36,875 nucleotides of DNA. Source: Piptocephalis cylindrospora (taxonomy: Eukaryota). A model generated the notes under the pieces. The model did not search any database. It was given only the letters and a program-made list of their open reading frames with translations, and was not told the origin of the DNA. The stretch is taken from assembly GCA_003614145.1 (NCBI GenBank), contig KZ987735.1, forward strand, positions 1-36,875, written 5' to 3'. The translations under genes and the position numbers were made by a program. This document shows, one piece after another, positions 9,843-20,593 of the stretch; within the stretch, counting starts at the first letter, position 1, and each line of letters begins with the position of its first letter.

Positions 9843-11346
9843 CCAAGGTAGGAGAAAGTGGCAAGTGTCGTTAGCAAAGTTCTGGAGCTGGGGAATACCT
9901 TGGGTGAGGGAGGATGGCTCGAGGTGGATATAGGAGAGAAGGGTGGAAAGGGAGGATGATGGGGAATGGGAATGATGAATGCTTCGAGGCTTTTATGTTA
10001 CTACCAGAGGACTCTTTCAATCAATAGCGACATCAAAGATGCAGCGTCGACCATGTGAAACGCAAGACCAAGAAAAGGATTGATAGGGTTGGCATGAGGT
10101 GAGTAGTGCAGCAGCCAAGATAGGCTGATAGGCAGTTTGACATCTACGCTAGTGACCCCATGATTTGGTAGAGTCAATCCGCTCACACGCATCCACATGC
10201 CACTCGACAAGAAGGTAACTAGGCCCCGAATAGGTGCCCTCATCCTGAGTGTAAGCATCTCCAGGAGAGGGACAAAGTCGTGTTTCGTATTAAAACATTA
10301 TGTGAATTCTCGAGCTTACCGTTCATAGAAGGCTAGTTACCTTCCTCCAAAGTCACCAGAGAAGTTTCTAGTATCTTGATTGACCCTGCTTCTTTGTAGT
10401 TATTAATAGGAGCCCTGGACGTATAGATCAGTCGAATGGGCCTAGGTAGCAGCGCCTAGTCGCACTGGTTAGTTCATCTGACCCTCTCAATGGCTAATAG
10501 AGTATAGAAAGGAGTAATGATGGAAATCTGGCTCTGCTCTAGACAAGTCATCTTCTTCAAATCTAGAAGAAAATGAGAATATTATTTCTCTGTATTCACC
10601 CTGGTCAAGGCCAGATCCCCATGCCATTAGCCGCTTCGCTCCGTTTCATCGAGGTGAAAGAGAGAGAAAATATCATATATTCACCAGTAATCAAGATGTA
10701 GCCCCGCCCAGGAAGCACACGAAACGACGAGAAAACAAACCCCTTACACACAAAGATTTAGACGTGTTGGAGTGGATTTAGACTGAGGCTGCATCAAGGA
10801 CAAATTTGTCTTGGTTGGCCAAAATGCATAATTTTATCTCATATTTCCAGCTCCACCAATGCATTCATGCTTCACACTTTTCTCCAATGCATTTGTGCTC
10901 ATCTCGCATAGGGTATTGTATGGGTGCAAGAGGTCATCTCCGCCTGACAAACTGTACGCCAAGGGAGCGTGCGGACGGGCGGGGGCGTAACAGATGAGTC
11001 TTTCCTCAGCCTATCCAAACCACCATCTCCCTGGGCCATTTGTATCTCCCAATTCCATCATTCATCAAGCAAGCCCTATTATATTCCCTCCTTCCCCCCT
11101 TCCCTCCCCCATCCCCCATCCTGATCGACTTGTCAGATCGTGTGACGCATCCCCCGTTTCTTCTTCCCCTTCTCCTTGACGACAACATTTTCTTTCTACG
11201 AATTCCTCTCCTCCACTATCACTGTTTTTTCTTCGGTTTCTCCGTCACCACGTCCCTTTCCTTTCGTTTTCCGTTCTTCCTCTGCCTCATTACGCCCACT
11301 GTCACGTTCCTCAACCACCATTCCCATACCCCACCCGGCCCCGGTG

Positions 11347-13176
11347 ATGCCCAATCTTCCTTTCTCTCATCACTTTCAGCCGACTCCGCAAGAGTCAGCG
11401 GGCCCAGAGGACAGTTTGTACTTTGATGCTCCCTTGGCCCCCGCCCCCGAGGCACGCCCTCCCCCACCCAGCCCCCACCTGGTTCCCTGCCCCTCGCCGG
11501 ATGGGTATCTTGGTCCAGGCCGGTCATCGACTGCCATATCCAACGTATCCAGCCTCTCCTTCCTCCCTCCGGCCAACGACTCACCCTTTACCTCTCCCGA
11601 AAAACCATCTCAGATCAAGGGGTGGGTCAACCGCTTTGCCCAACTGTACGATTCACATCCGACTCTCCAACTTATCCCCGCCCTCGTCTTTACGTTCATC
11701 CTTTGGTTCATCCCTCCTCCCAGCCCACTGACCATCACGGGGATGCGCGTCCTCGGCACCTTTCTCGGCATCGTCACCGCCCTTCTCACCTCGAGGTACC
11801 CGGTGGGCCCCCTGGTCTTTCTCGTCCTTACCCTCCATATCCTCACTCAATCCTTTCAATGTCATGATGATCAAGGTTCGAGCGTCGAGTGCAGATTATG
11901 TGGGACACCACGTCCCCCAGGCCTGGAGTTGACTCAAGGGGAGGGCGTTTACTCTTGCCGTGGACTGGATCAATCCCTTTCCATTGCCCTTTCGGGATTC
12001 AGCTACGATGTGGCTTGGATCGTCTTCTTGGCCTTTCAACTGGGTCGAGCAGTCCAGGTCACTGGGCTTGGGCGTCGACTGGCCCTGATGATTGTCCGTT
12101 TCCTCGGAAGCTCCCTCCTTGGCCTGGGCTATGCGCTTAGTCTCACCGAACTTATCTTGTCCCCCATCATCCCATCCAATACGGCCCGAGGTGGTGTGAT
12201 GATGCCAATTGCCATGTCTATCTCTAGATCCCTTCATTCTCTCCCAGATCATTCCCCTCGGGCGGGAATTTTCCTGTCGCTGACGGCAGCCCATGCCAAC
12301 TTGATCACGTCGGCTCTCTTCCTCACTGCTTCCGTCACCAATCCTCTGATCGTCGTCAAAGCTAAGGCCATTCTGGGCCTGGAGGTGACTTGGGGCACAT
12401 GGGCTGCAGGAGCGTCCGTACCTTGCATTATCCTCCTCCTCGCAACACCTCCGCTCATCTGGATCTTTTGTGGTGGAGGCCGGGTCCACACCGAAGTCAA
12501 GGAGGCTCGGGGCAGGGTGCGGGAGGAGTTGAGTGAGATGGGATGGCCCTCAGTCCACGAGATCCTCCTGTTCATTATTCTCACCTCTTCTCTCGTCCTT
12601 TGGGGCACGCTGCCACTCACGGGTCTCCCACCCACACTAATTGCCCTTCTAGCTTTTTCGGCTCTCCTGGTTACCGGGACCATGGGATGGGCCCATGTTG
12701 TCGGAAATGCCCCGGCCTGGGACGCTCTCTTTTGGCTTGGGGGTCTTCTGACCTTAGTGGACCAGCTGGCCCGTACAGGGGTCATTGACGCGATGGGCCA
12801 ATCCCTTTCCCAAGTTCGGTCCCTTACCCTTCTTTCGCCCCTCTCTGCCACAATCAGCTTGGGCCTCCTCTACTTCTCTACTTCCCTCCTCTTCCCCTCC
12901 CTGCTTACCCATGCTATCACCCTTGCGGGTATTTTCTTCACTTTGGGCAACTCCCTTCACTGCCCACCTTACCTCCTCTTTGCCCTGATTGCCTACTTTA
13001 CCTCTCTTTCGGGGAGCCTTACTTACTTTTCCTCGGGACACGCCATCATTTACTTTGGTCAGGGCTATGTGACCCAGCAAAGGTGGTACCTCGTAGGCTT
13101 GGTCATCTCGCTCCTGCACATCACGGTCTTTCTGACCTTTGGCTTGGCTTGGTGGAAGATCCTGGGATGGTTTTAA
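11347..13176 (+). CDS. DASS-family (CitT / plastid DiT-like) di/tricarboxylate transporter, ~609 aa, intronless
   Basis: First in-frame ATG is 11347 (the track starts at TTG 11176). Many TM helices. Motifs ALSGFS..VAW.VF.AF, TGLGRRLAL, LGSSLLGLGYAL, IPSNTARGG, ITSALFLTA, AWDALFWLG, YFGQGYV..RW and C-terminal WWKILGWF. Confidence 0.92.
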   Translation: MPNLPFSHHFQPTPQESAGPEDSLYFDAPLAPAPEARPPPPSPHLVPCPSPDGYLGPGRSSTAISNVSSLSFLPPANDSPFTSPEKPSQIKGWVNRFAQLYDSHPTLQLIPALVFTFILWFIPPPSPLTITGMRVLGTFLGIVTALLTSRYPVGPLVFLVLTLHILTQSFQCHDDQGSSVECRLCGTPRPPGLELTQGEGVYSCRGLDQSLSIALSGFSYDVAWIVFLAFQLGRAVQVTGLGRRLALMIVRFLGSSLLGLGYALSLTELILSPIIPSNTARGGVMMPIAMSISRSLHSLPDHSPRAGIFLSLTAAHANLITSALFLTASVTNPLIVVKAKAILGLEVTWGTWAAGASVPCIILLLATPPLIWIFCGGGRVHTEVKEARGRVREELSEMGWPSVHEILLFIILTSSLVLWGTLPLTGLPPTLIALLAFSALLVTGTMGWAHVVGNAPAWDALFWLGGLLTLVDQLARTGVIDAMGQSLSQVRSLTLLSPLSATISLGLLYFSTSLLFPSLLTHAITLAGIFFTLGNSLHCPPYLLFALIAYFTSLSGSLTYFSSGHAIIYFGQGYVTQQRWYLVGLVISLLHITVFLTFGLAWWKILGWF

Positions 13177-13560
13177 TAGTCGTTGCTGAGCGTCGAACCT
13201 TGAGATGACGGGGCAATGTTTGTGCTTTTTTTGTTTTGCCGCGAACAAAGGAAAGGAATCTCTCCTTTAGCCTTTTGTTCGTCCTCTCTTATACATACGT
13301 ATCCGATACTGGCTGTGCATGCATAATGATGGCATGCACGGTGGGCCTTCAAGCCACTTGATGGTGTTATTGTTGTGGTAAATCAAGATGCAAAAATGAC
13401 AACCACTACTCCAAGTTCCCTGACTTCAATATTCCATAACTTCCCCAGCACCTTGGCTAATGATCCCTAATGAGTATACAAGGCTCAGTCTCCCTTAGGA
13501 ACAATACACTTTTTTTTATAGCAGTAGCAGCAATTCAATTTATACTAAATTGCAATCCTT

Positions 13561-15007
13561 TCAAATTCTCTTTCTCCCGCCAAGAAGGGTGAGGAAGAGG
13601 ACAATATACTTGAAGACGGCCTCCTTGGCCCAGAAAAGAAAGGCGGCGGTAAGGATACTTTGAAGTAACTTACCATAGATCCCCTTGTATAGACCGGCAA
13701 TACCCTCCTTGGCCAGGATCTTCTTGAAAGCATCTAGGACCGACCTGTACCGCTCCTTATCATCCTTTCCTCCTTCGTGCCGTAGCTGCATTCGACTCTT
13801 GACCACACTAGTAGGGGAGAGGAGGGGTGAGAATGCGCTCATAAGGCCCCACCCCACACGATCCTTCATCGCTTACATGTAAGGGTAGGTGAGGGAGGTG
13901 GCAGCTAACTTGCTAAGGGCCCCAAGAAGGAAGTAGTGTCTCCCGGTAAGAGGCTTGGAGCTACGGAAAGTCAAGAGGTTACGGTATAGCCTCTCATAGA
14001 CTGTGTACTGGATGATGGGGTTGGCCACGAGAATGAGGGCTGGGGTAACGCCTTGCCAAAAGGCCTTGACTCCATCCTCCCGAAGGATCTTTCGGATAGT
14101 CGCACGAGTGGACAGAGGCTTTGGTGTCACTCTGGTCTTCTTGGATGGGTCATCCACGCCCCTTTGCACCGTCATCCTCATCTAATGGAGAGATGGAGCT
14201 AGTATTTAGAGAGATGAGCCCAAAGTAGTATAAGAAAAGAATAGGTTACATTGACCACCCAGATAGGATTGGTGATGAGGACTGTGGCAGATCCTAAAAG
14301 TAGAGCAGAGATGCATGGTCAGTGGTTCTTTTATATCCTCCTCCGCTCTAGATCACCAAGACATACCGGCAATAGCACCGGCGGACATGCTCTGAAGGGT
14401 GGACATGACTCTCTCCTTGGAGACTCCCTCAAATGCAGCACGAGCCCATTCATAGAAAAAGTAGTAAACACCTAAATGAATAGACTAGATGTGATTAGGA
14501 TTTAACATCAAGGAACGGGGGAATCGCACCAAATACCATTGGTAAGGCCAACGCCGAGCAAGGCCGAATTCAGTCCACTGAAGGCGGCGACAGGATGGGA
14601 TGAGCTGGAGTGATCCCACCATCCCGTTCCAGAACGCATGATGATCTTACGAATAGAGTCCCGGAACCCCTTCTCGCTGAACAATCCGCTTCATGGCCTT
14701 TAGAGTGGACTGATATGTTTGGGGTGGGGTGGGATGGGATGGATAGGTAAGGTGGTGCACTCAGAACCAAAATCATACTTCCTCCATGCAACCTACTCCG
14801 TGGGTCTCGGGAGAGGTATTGTCCTTTTGGACTTGCTGTCTAGAGGATACAGTAATGAGGGGATAGGTAAGGGCCATGGAGATGATACCTCCGCTGGCAC
14901 CTGATGATATGCAAGGAGGAGGTAAGGGTTGTGAGTAAGGCTCACCCATCACCCCCTTCCAGGATAGATGACATACCAGCCAAGGCGTGGGCCACTTGGT
15001 CAGACAT
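13561..15007 (-). CDS. PMP47: Peroxisomal SLC25 carrier (PMP47/PMP34/SLC25A17-like), ~311 aa, 8 exons
   Basis: Exons 15007-14977, 14900-14797, 14709-14651, 14577-14537, 14471-14367, 14293-14250, 14181-13877, 13807-13561 (936 nt, phase-consistent). Three carrier repeats: MSDQVAHALAGASGGIISMALTYPLITVSSR, TNPIWVVNMRM and TYPYIVVKSRMQ, plus EG..GLY motifs. Confidence 0.9.
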
Positions 15008-15641
15008 ATTGGTTCGGGTGTTCGGGGAGGTGAATGGGAGGAAAGGAAAGGAAGCGTTGTTGGAAGAAGGAGAGAGGACCTAGACCCAGTACACCCCCAT
15101 CACTCCACACTTATAGACCATTCCACATCCCCTGTTCCTGGGAAAGAGACGCGGCTGAACGGGCCTGGACCTCATTTCCATTGTTTGGGCTTCAGATGGA
15201 AGAGTGCTTCTATGGAGGATCCAGGACCTAGATAATCACTCTGGTGGTCGTGGTGTCGGCGAACGCAAGCTCCGGTGGGGGGTCAGTGTTCCCTTCCTCT
15301 CCCTGCACCTCCGATGCGGGGAGGAGAGGTAGGAGCTAGGGCGATAGGATAGTGCAAGATTTCACGTGCAAATTCGCATATGCTTCATTGAGGACTTTTT
15401 AGACGAATTTTCTTGAAAGAGGCTCTTTCTCCCGCCTACCAGTGTCGCGCTAGCATCGTTCATGGCATCTCTAGAGGGAATCATGAGGATGGTTTTACTA
15501 CCGTATGTTCAATCTCTTCTCACTCAATTCTACGTATTTCCCATTCAATTAGACAAGAAAAAAACAACATGTATATGAAAAAGATAGTGAACTGGACATA
15601 AGATGAAATAAAAGAATGAACAATGGAGAGGAAGGGACGGG

Positions 15642-16514
15642 TCATGCGTGGTGTGGCGGAGCGGCGTGGGAGGAGGGGGTAAAGTTGATCTTTTCGGACC
15701 TTGCCTCCTCCAGATCCATACTCAGGCGAGGACCGCCTGGGTATTTGATATCCTCTTGGTCTCCCACGACTTCATCGACAGGCACTTGGTTGCGGTAAAG
15801 ACCATAATGCTGAATAATAAAAGCCGTGTCAAAGACAAGGGAGAGGATAGAAAGGGCTAGCTTGGAGGGATTACCGGTCAGACCACCCCAATCGTCGGCC
15901 ATACCAGCATCAAAGATGGATTGAGCCAAGGAAAGCAAACCTCCGGTGAAGTCGAGGAGGATGTTACCAATACTCCAGCCCTGAGTGGATTTTCGTCGAA
16001 AGTTCATGTATAGCTGGGGACAGTACTTGACAAAACTCACGACGACTTTGACCATGCTCACCTCATACAGGACATCGAGCCAAGTCATGTGGCCGGTAGC
16101 ACCGAGGGCGCAGAAGATCACAGTGATGATGATGGCGATGATGGAGAGGATAAGGGCAGTCCAGGGAAAGTTCATGGGCCCCGACCGTGATCGATACCAA
16201 AAGGTCTGACCGATGGTGACCATGGTGATAACCAGGGCGTGGGCACCAAAGACTACATCGTTGGGCTGTACCTGAGGGAGATGACCGTCGTGCTTAAGCT
16301 GGTATTGAGCACGGATACTAGGATTGGCAAAGAGGTTGACATTATAGATGGTGTAGCAGGAAAAGCCAAGGATGTTAAGATAAAGAAAGTCCAGGGAGAG
16401 ACCCTTGACACTCTTTCTACGGTAATTGAGCCAGACTTGGGGGTAGAAGGAGATGGACCAAGCGGCAAAGTAAATCCATCCAAGGACGGCGGAGAAGACC
16501 ACAGCAAAGCTCAT
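15642..16514 (-). CDS. ERS1: Cystinosin/Ers1-family PQ-loop vacuolar transporter, ~290 aa
   Basis: First in-frame ATG is 16514. Two PQ-loop repeats: GWIYFAAWSISFYPQVWLNYRRKSVKGLSLDF and KYCPQLYMNFRRKSTQGWSIGNILLDFTGG; also GNPSKL and FIIQHY. TATAAA on the minus strand near 16713-16718. Confidence 0.95.
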   Translation of the reverse strand: MSFAVVFSAVLGWIYFAAWSISFYPQVWLNYRRKSVKGLSLDFLYLNILGFSCYTIYNVNLFANPSIRAQYQLKHDGHLPQVQPNDVVFGAHALVITMVTIGQTFWYRSRSGPMNFPWTALILSIIAIIITVIFCALGATGHMTWLDVLYEVSMVKVVVSFVKYCPQLYMNFRRKSTQGWSIGNILLDFTGGLLSLAQSIFDAGMADDWGGLTGNPSKLALSILSLVFDTAFIIQHYGLYRNQVPVDEVVGDQEDIKYPGGPRLSMDLEEARSEKINFTPSSHAAPPHHA

Positions 16515-18624
16515 GGGAGATGATGGGGTAGTGTGGTGGTGTAGGAGTGAGAGGGATGCCGTACCGTACCTCTGATGGGTAAGGGTAGGATGGGAGGGAG
16601 GGGTCGTGGGATGGTAGGGACAAACGTTAGATAAAGTAGCAACACTGACAGGAAAAAAACAGTAGGGTTGGGAGGGGGATGTATAGGTAGGGGAAAGGTC
16701 GTTTTGGCCGTATTTATATCTTTTCAGTGCGTCTTGTGCATCAGAAGATCCTTGAATAGAATGCACTCACTATCCAGATAAGGCATGAAACAAGAAGTGC
16801 AAGTAAGGATATGGCCGCAATAATAACGCTGTGATAGCGGGACGACCTGAAGACGTGATGCGCTTTTTCCCCTTTGGTGATAGTCTGGTTGAATAACGTG
16901 ATCGCGAAGGTGGGTGAGGAAATGGCATGCAAGTCATGGACGGGCAGGTGCTAGTGGAAAATTGGCAGCAGGACAGACAATAAGTGGTGGTGTGGACTGA
17001 CCATTGGCCAGTAGGGAGATTGACTGTGAGTGCGTGTGAAAGTGTGTATTCATGTGTCAGCAAGTAGGATGTGTGCACCTCAGGTGATAGGACTGAATTG
17101 CATTGAAGATAAGACATCTCACAATAATTTGGTGCAGGCGTTGGAACCGTACGGAGGGAAAATGGGATGCGTACGTGGAATTAATTTTGGACGCCGACAC
17201 GCAAGGGACTTGAAGATCAAGGCATGGCCCGAGGTTACAGTAGTTCTCATGAACGGGTAAAGCACATGCTTTAGAATGAGGCGACTAAAGAGAGGGGAGG
17301 ATTTCCTGTGAAGAGAATGAAGGTTGGGCTCATCGACGGAATGACCATTGGCTCAAGAGAGAGATGGTTTAGGCTCTACGAAGGATAAGTTTACAAGTGG
17401 CAGGGCTGTATTTAGATAGCTCTCCACGCTCGCACGCCATATACTCGAATACATATGTAGACGGAGTAGATTCAAAGGATGGGCGCCCTATCCTTTTCCC
17501 TTCTGGAAGGACATGGAAATGGTGGAACGACGTACACGACCTCAGGAATTCCGGGAAGACTGTGCGTGCCCCATAGACAGATCACAGATCCTGAATGATT
17601 CAGTAATCTTGGATTGAATGCTCCGATGATCATCTCATCAATCAGTGTTTAGGAGAGTATGGTATCCTTTGCGCCGTGGACTTCACGCATTTCCTCTGCG
17701 GGATTATCCAAAAAAAATTGCTGCGTTGGAATACACATTGCTGTATTGGAAATGGAGATCTAAATCTCACGCTGGAGTTTGAAGGCTTTGAAATTGGTCT
17801 TGGGAACCTTAATCAAGGCTTGGTTTTCTTTGTCTTGGGAAAATTTGGATTGACAAAATGAGACTTTGGGGACGCGTTCTTAACTCGAACTCAATTCTTA
17901 ACGAAGGGCATCTTAATCAAGAAGGTCTTACGAAGGAGAAGCAAAGGAAATGGAGGGAAAATGAACGTGTATTCTTGAGACTGATGCAAAATGGGATCGA
18001 ATGCTCAGCCACTTTTACCTTTCTTCTTCACTAGAAAGAGAGTCATGGACGAGTCTAGAGGAAAGTAACGATAGAGAAAGAAGAAGGGCTGTGTGAAGAA
18101 GGCAAAGCGTTTCAAGGGGCGAAGGCTCGAAGTACTTATTCAAGGATCGGGCTGATATTCCCATGTATAATAAGGATAAGGTTGCATGCGGTTCAAGGGT
18201 GCCCTTGTTCCTTGTAGTGCATGGTTGAGGGAGGGACGAGATTAGAATCAACATTTATTTGTACATAGTAGATGCTACCCAACAGTAAAAATATTTTGGA
18301 CTTTCTTTTACGAAAAAGTATGGCTCAGCGTTTCTCCTTGCAGAATTCAATTTTATACGATCAGATCATCGTTTTTTATGGCATATGTAAAAAAGAGAAG
18401 TGACCGCCTTTGGTAAGGGAAAGGTTTGAAGTGATATCATGGCATAGGGCAAAGTCTGTTGGTAAGATGATGGGTCAGCTAAGCCTGATCATTTGAAAGG
18501 AAGAAGCGGGAACGATTCGACTTTTACTGAGGATCTTCTCGAATGCGGGAAGGCGTGAGATGGAATCTTGCGGTTCGCGGAGCTAAACAAATGACTTGAC
18601 AGAGCAATCAGGATCGGGATGTAT

Positions 18625-18708
18625 TAGGTCAGGTGTAATTGAAAGGAGTAATGTATTGTGTCAATTAGGTCAGGTGTGCGAGAGAGGTATATAATGTAGG
18701 TCAGGTGT
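18625..18708. promoter_or_regulatory. Three exact copies of TAGGTCAGGTGT (putative transcription-factor site cluster)
   Basis: Copies start at 18625, 18666 and 18697 with unrelated spacers, ~260-340 bp upstream of the bL19 ATG. Confidence 0.55.
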
Positions 18709-18965
18709 GACACTCAGACAATGCGATGAAATGCTGCTAAATGTGCGCAAAATTCAAATGTTTTCGGTTGTCTAAAAGGGGGATGAAAAACAAAAAACGC
18801 TCAGGTTACGCCGACTCATTTCAATTGAATTTCGCGTATACAGTCTGGTTGGACTTTCCAAGAGATGGCTCTTTTCTGCTGGAAGATCCCTCCCCATACC
18901 CTATTTCCTTTGCCCCATCCCTCCTTATCCCTCTCCTTTCTTCTTCTCGGCCCATTCACATCAGC

Positions 18966-19620
18966 ATGTCCTTCCTGTTGAGCCGTCTTGGTGGACAAAA
19001 GACAACTTTTGGGTCCTTGGCCACTTGTCTACTCTCTCGGACCCTCTCCACCACCCTTCCTCGGTCCTCCAAGGCATTGCGTACGTCCTAGAGAGGTCAC
19101 ACGGACACAGATACACGCCCTCCCACTTGACACACTCACTCACGCATCTTATCCCACCCCTCTAGCTTCGGAACCCGCATTACCCGCCATCCCCCTGCCT
19201 ACACCCTCCCTCAAGGGGAAGGATATCATGTCGGTGGTGAGGGAGGAGAATCTGGCGCGTCTGGATCCCTCGGGGGCGAGGACGGCCATGGTGGACCGAA
19301 GCTCCCCTACGCGTCTTCGACCAGGAGATACAGTGCGAGTGACGTCCCATCGGTCCATGACCCACCCAACGTCGACCTTATCATTTTCCGGGATCATCCT
19401 AGCCATCTCCCGTCGTGGACCCGAAAGCACGATTACGATCCGGAATATTGTTCAACAGCTAGGTGTGGAGATGCGGTACCCAGTGTATAGCCCCATGGTC
19501 AAGGCCATTGATGTACTGGCGCGGGGCAAAGGATACCGTCGGGCCAAGCTATACTATCTGCGTGATCAGCCTGGCAAGACCTTCTCCCGGGTGTCTCGCA
19601 AGGCCATGAGCAAGCAATAA
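18966..19620 (+). CDS. MRPL19: Mitochondrial ribosomal protein bL19 (Img1/MRPL19), ~189 aa, 2 exons
   Basis: Exon 1 18966-19080 encodes an R/S/L/T-rich presequence without acidic residues. Intron 19081-19165 (GTACGT...CTAG). Exon 2 19166-19620 has RPGDTVRV, FSGIILAISRRG, TITIRN, GVEMRYPVYSP and RRAKLYYLRD. Confidence 0.93.
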
Positions 19621-19909
19621 GAGAAGAAATGGAAGGAGGAGAGTAGGAGTAGAAGAAAGAATATAAGGATATACTTTGAAATGAAATGAATGGAAAATGA
19701 CACCATTTCACCTTGCATGCCGTATACAACATACGCATTGTTTCAATCCACCCGACACACACACACACACACGCTCTCTCTCTCTCTCTCCCGCGTCTGT
19801 CCCTACATGGAGGTTACTGTAAATAATAAAGAGGGAATGGAATGGTACAAGGGATGGGGGAGAGGAGGGCAGTAGCGACCCAGGGATCTCAAACCAGGGT
19901 TCAGTGAGC

Positions 19910-20593
19910 CTAGTCCGTGCTCAAAAGCTGAAAGGGATGAAAAGTGGGGACGAGAAAGCCAAGGAGAAGACAGGCACAGGATACGACCAGGAGCGGAACC
20001 TTGGGTTTGGAACCCTTCTCTCGATGGGCCATGATGAGACCGGCGTCTTGAAGAGGGTCGGGTGAATCGGTTGGCGTGGTTAGATCTTCATCCGATGCCA
20101 TGTCTTCCTCGGATCTTGGAGACGCTCTTCTCCGGGGCAAGGACGCGGTATTGTCCCCAGGATGGGCTTGGCCTAGCAGGACTGAGACATTATCTGGTCC
20201 GCCTACACATGGAATGAAGGTGGATCCCAATCGATCCTCTCCAAGTTCCCGCCAGGTGCGCGCATTCAAGGACCCCGCCTCTTCCTCGGTCAAAGTGGCA
20301 ATCTGCACGAGAAATCGATCACCCATGTGCACACCAAAACCCTCACATCGCACATACACATCCACCTGGGCACCAGGGGCCAGGACCCCGAGGACAGGCT
20401 TGACCGAGTACCGGTCCGGAGCATTGGTCTTGAATTTGAATCCAAGATGCTGAACCGGGTTGGATCCTGCAGCATCCGCCGGATAGGACAGGGTGAGTCG
20501 ACCGACCTTGGTGTAGGATCTGGTCTTGGATGGAGAAAAGGTCAGATCGGGAGGGGAGATGCGCAAGGAACTGGGGGATGCAACAGTGGTCAT
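19910..20593 (-). CDS. MSP-domain tail-anchored membrane protein (VAP/Scs2/MOSPD-like), 227 aa
   Basis: ISPPDLTF, GFKFKTNAPDRYSVKPVLGVLAPG and DRFLVQ; acidic/Ser linker; C-terminal TM helix VPLLVVSCACLLLGFLV. TATAAA on the minus strand near 20671-20676. Confidence 0.85.
   Translation of the reverse strand: MTTVASPSSLRISPPDLTFSPSKTRSYTKVGRLTLSYPADAAGSNPVQHLGFKFKTNAPDRYSVKPVLGVLAPGAQVDVYVRCEGFGVHMGDRFLVQIATLTEEEAGSLNARTWRELGEDRLGSTFIPCVGGPDNVSVLLGQAHPGDNTASLPRRRASPRSEEDMASDEDLTTPTDSPDPLQDAGLIMAHREKGSKPKVPLLVVSCACLLLGFLVPTFHPFQLLSTD

Noticed and set aside
11176..11346. TTG-initiated extension of the DASS ORF (and the non-ATG extension 16515-16766 of cystinosin)
   Set aside because: Pyrimidine-rich 5' UTR/promoter sequence; eukaryotic initiation is expected at ATG 11347 and 16514.
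13315..13339. Inverted repeat GTGCATGC...GCATGCAC between convergent genes
   Set aside because: Only an 8-bp stem made of ATGC-type words common in this genome's intergenic DNA.
18514..18536. U5 snRNA loop-1-like CTTTTAC
   Set aside because: Reads GACTTTTAC rather than the invariant GCCTTTTAC; no convincing stem or Sm site.
18625..18708. CRISPR-like repeat-spacer reading of the triple 12-mer
   Set aside because: Repeat is only 12 bp, non-palindromic, with unequal spacers (29 and 19 nt), eukaryotic context and no cas genes.
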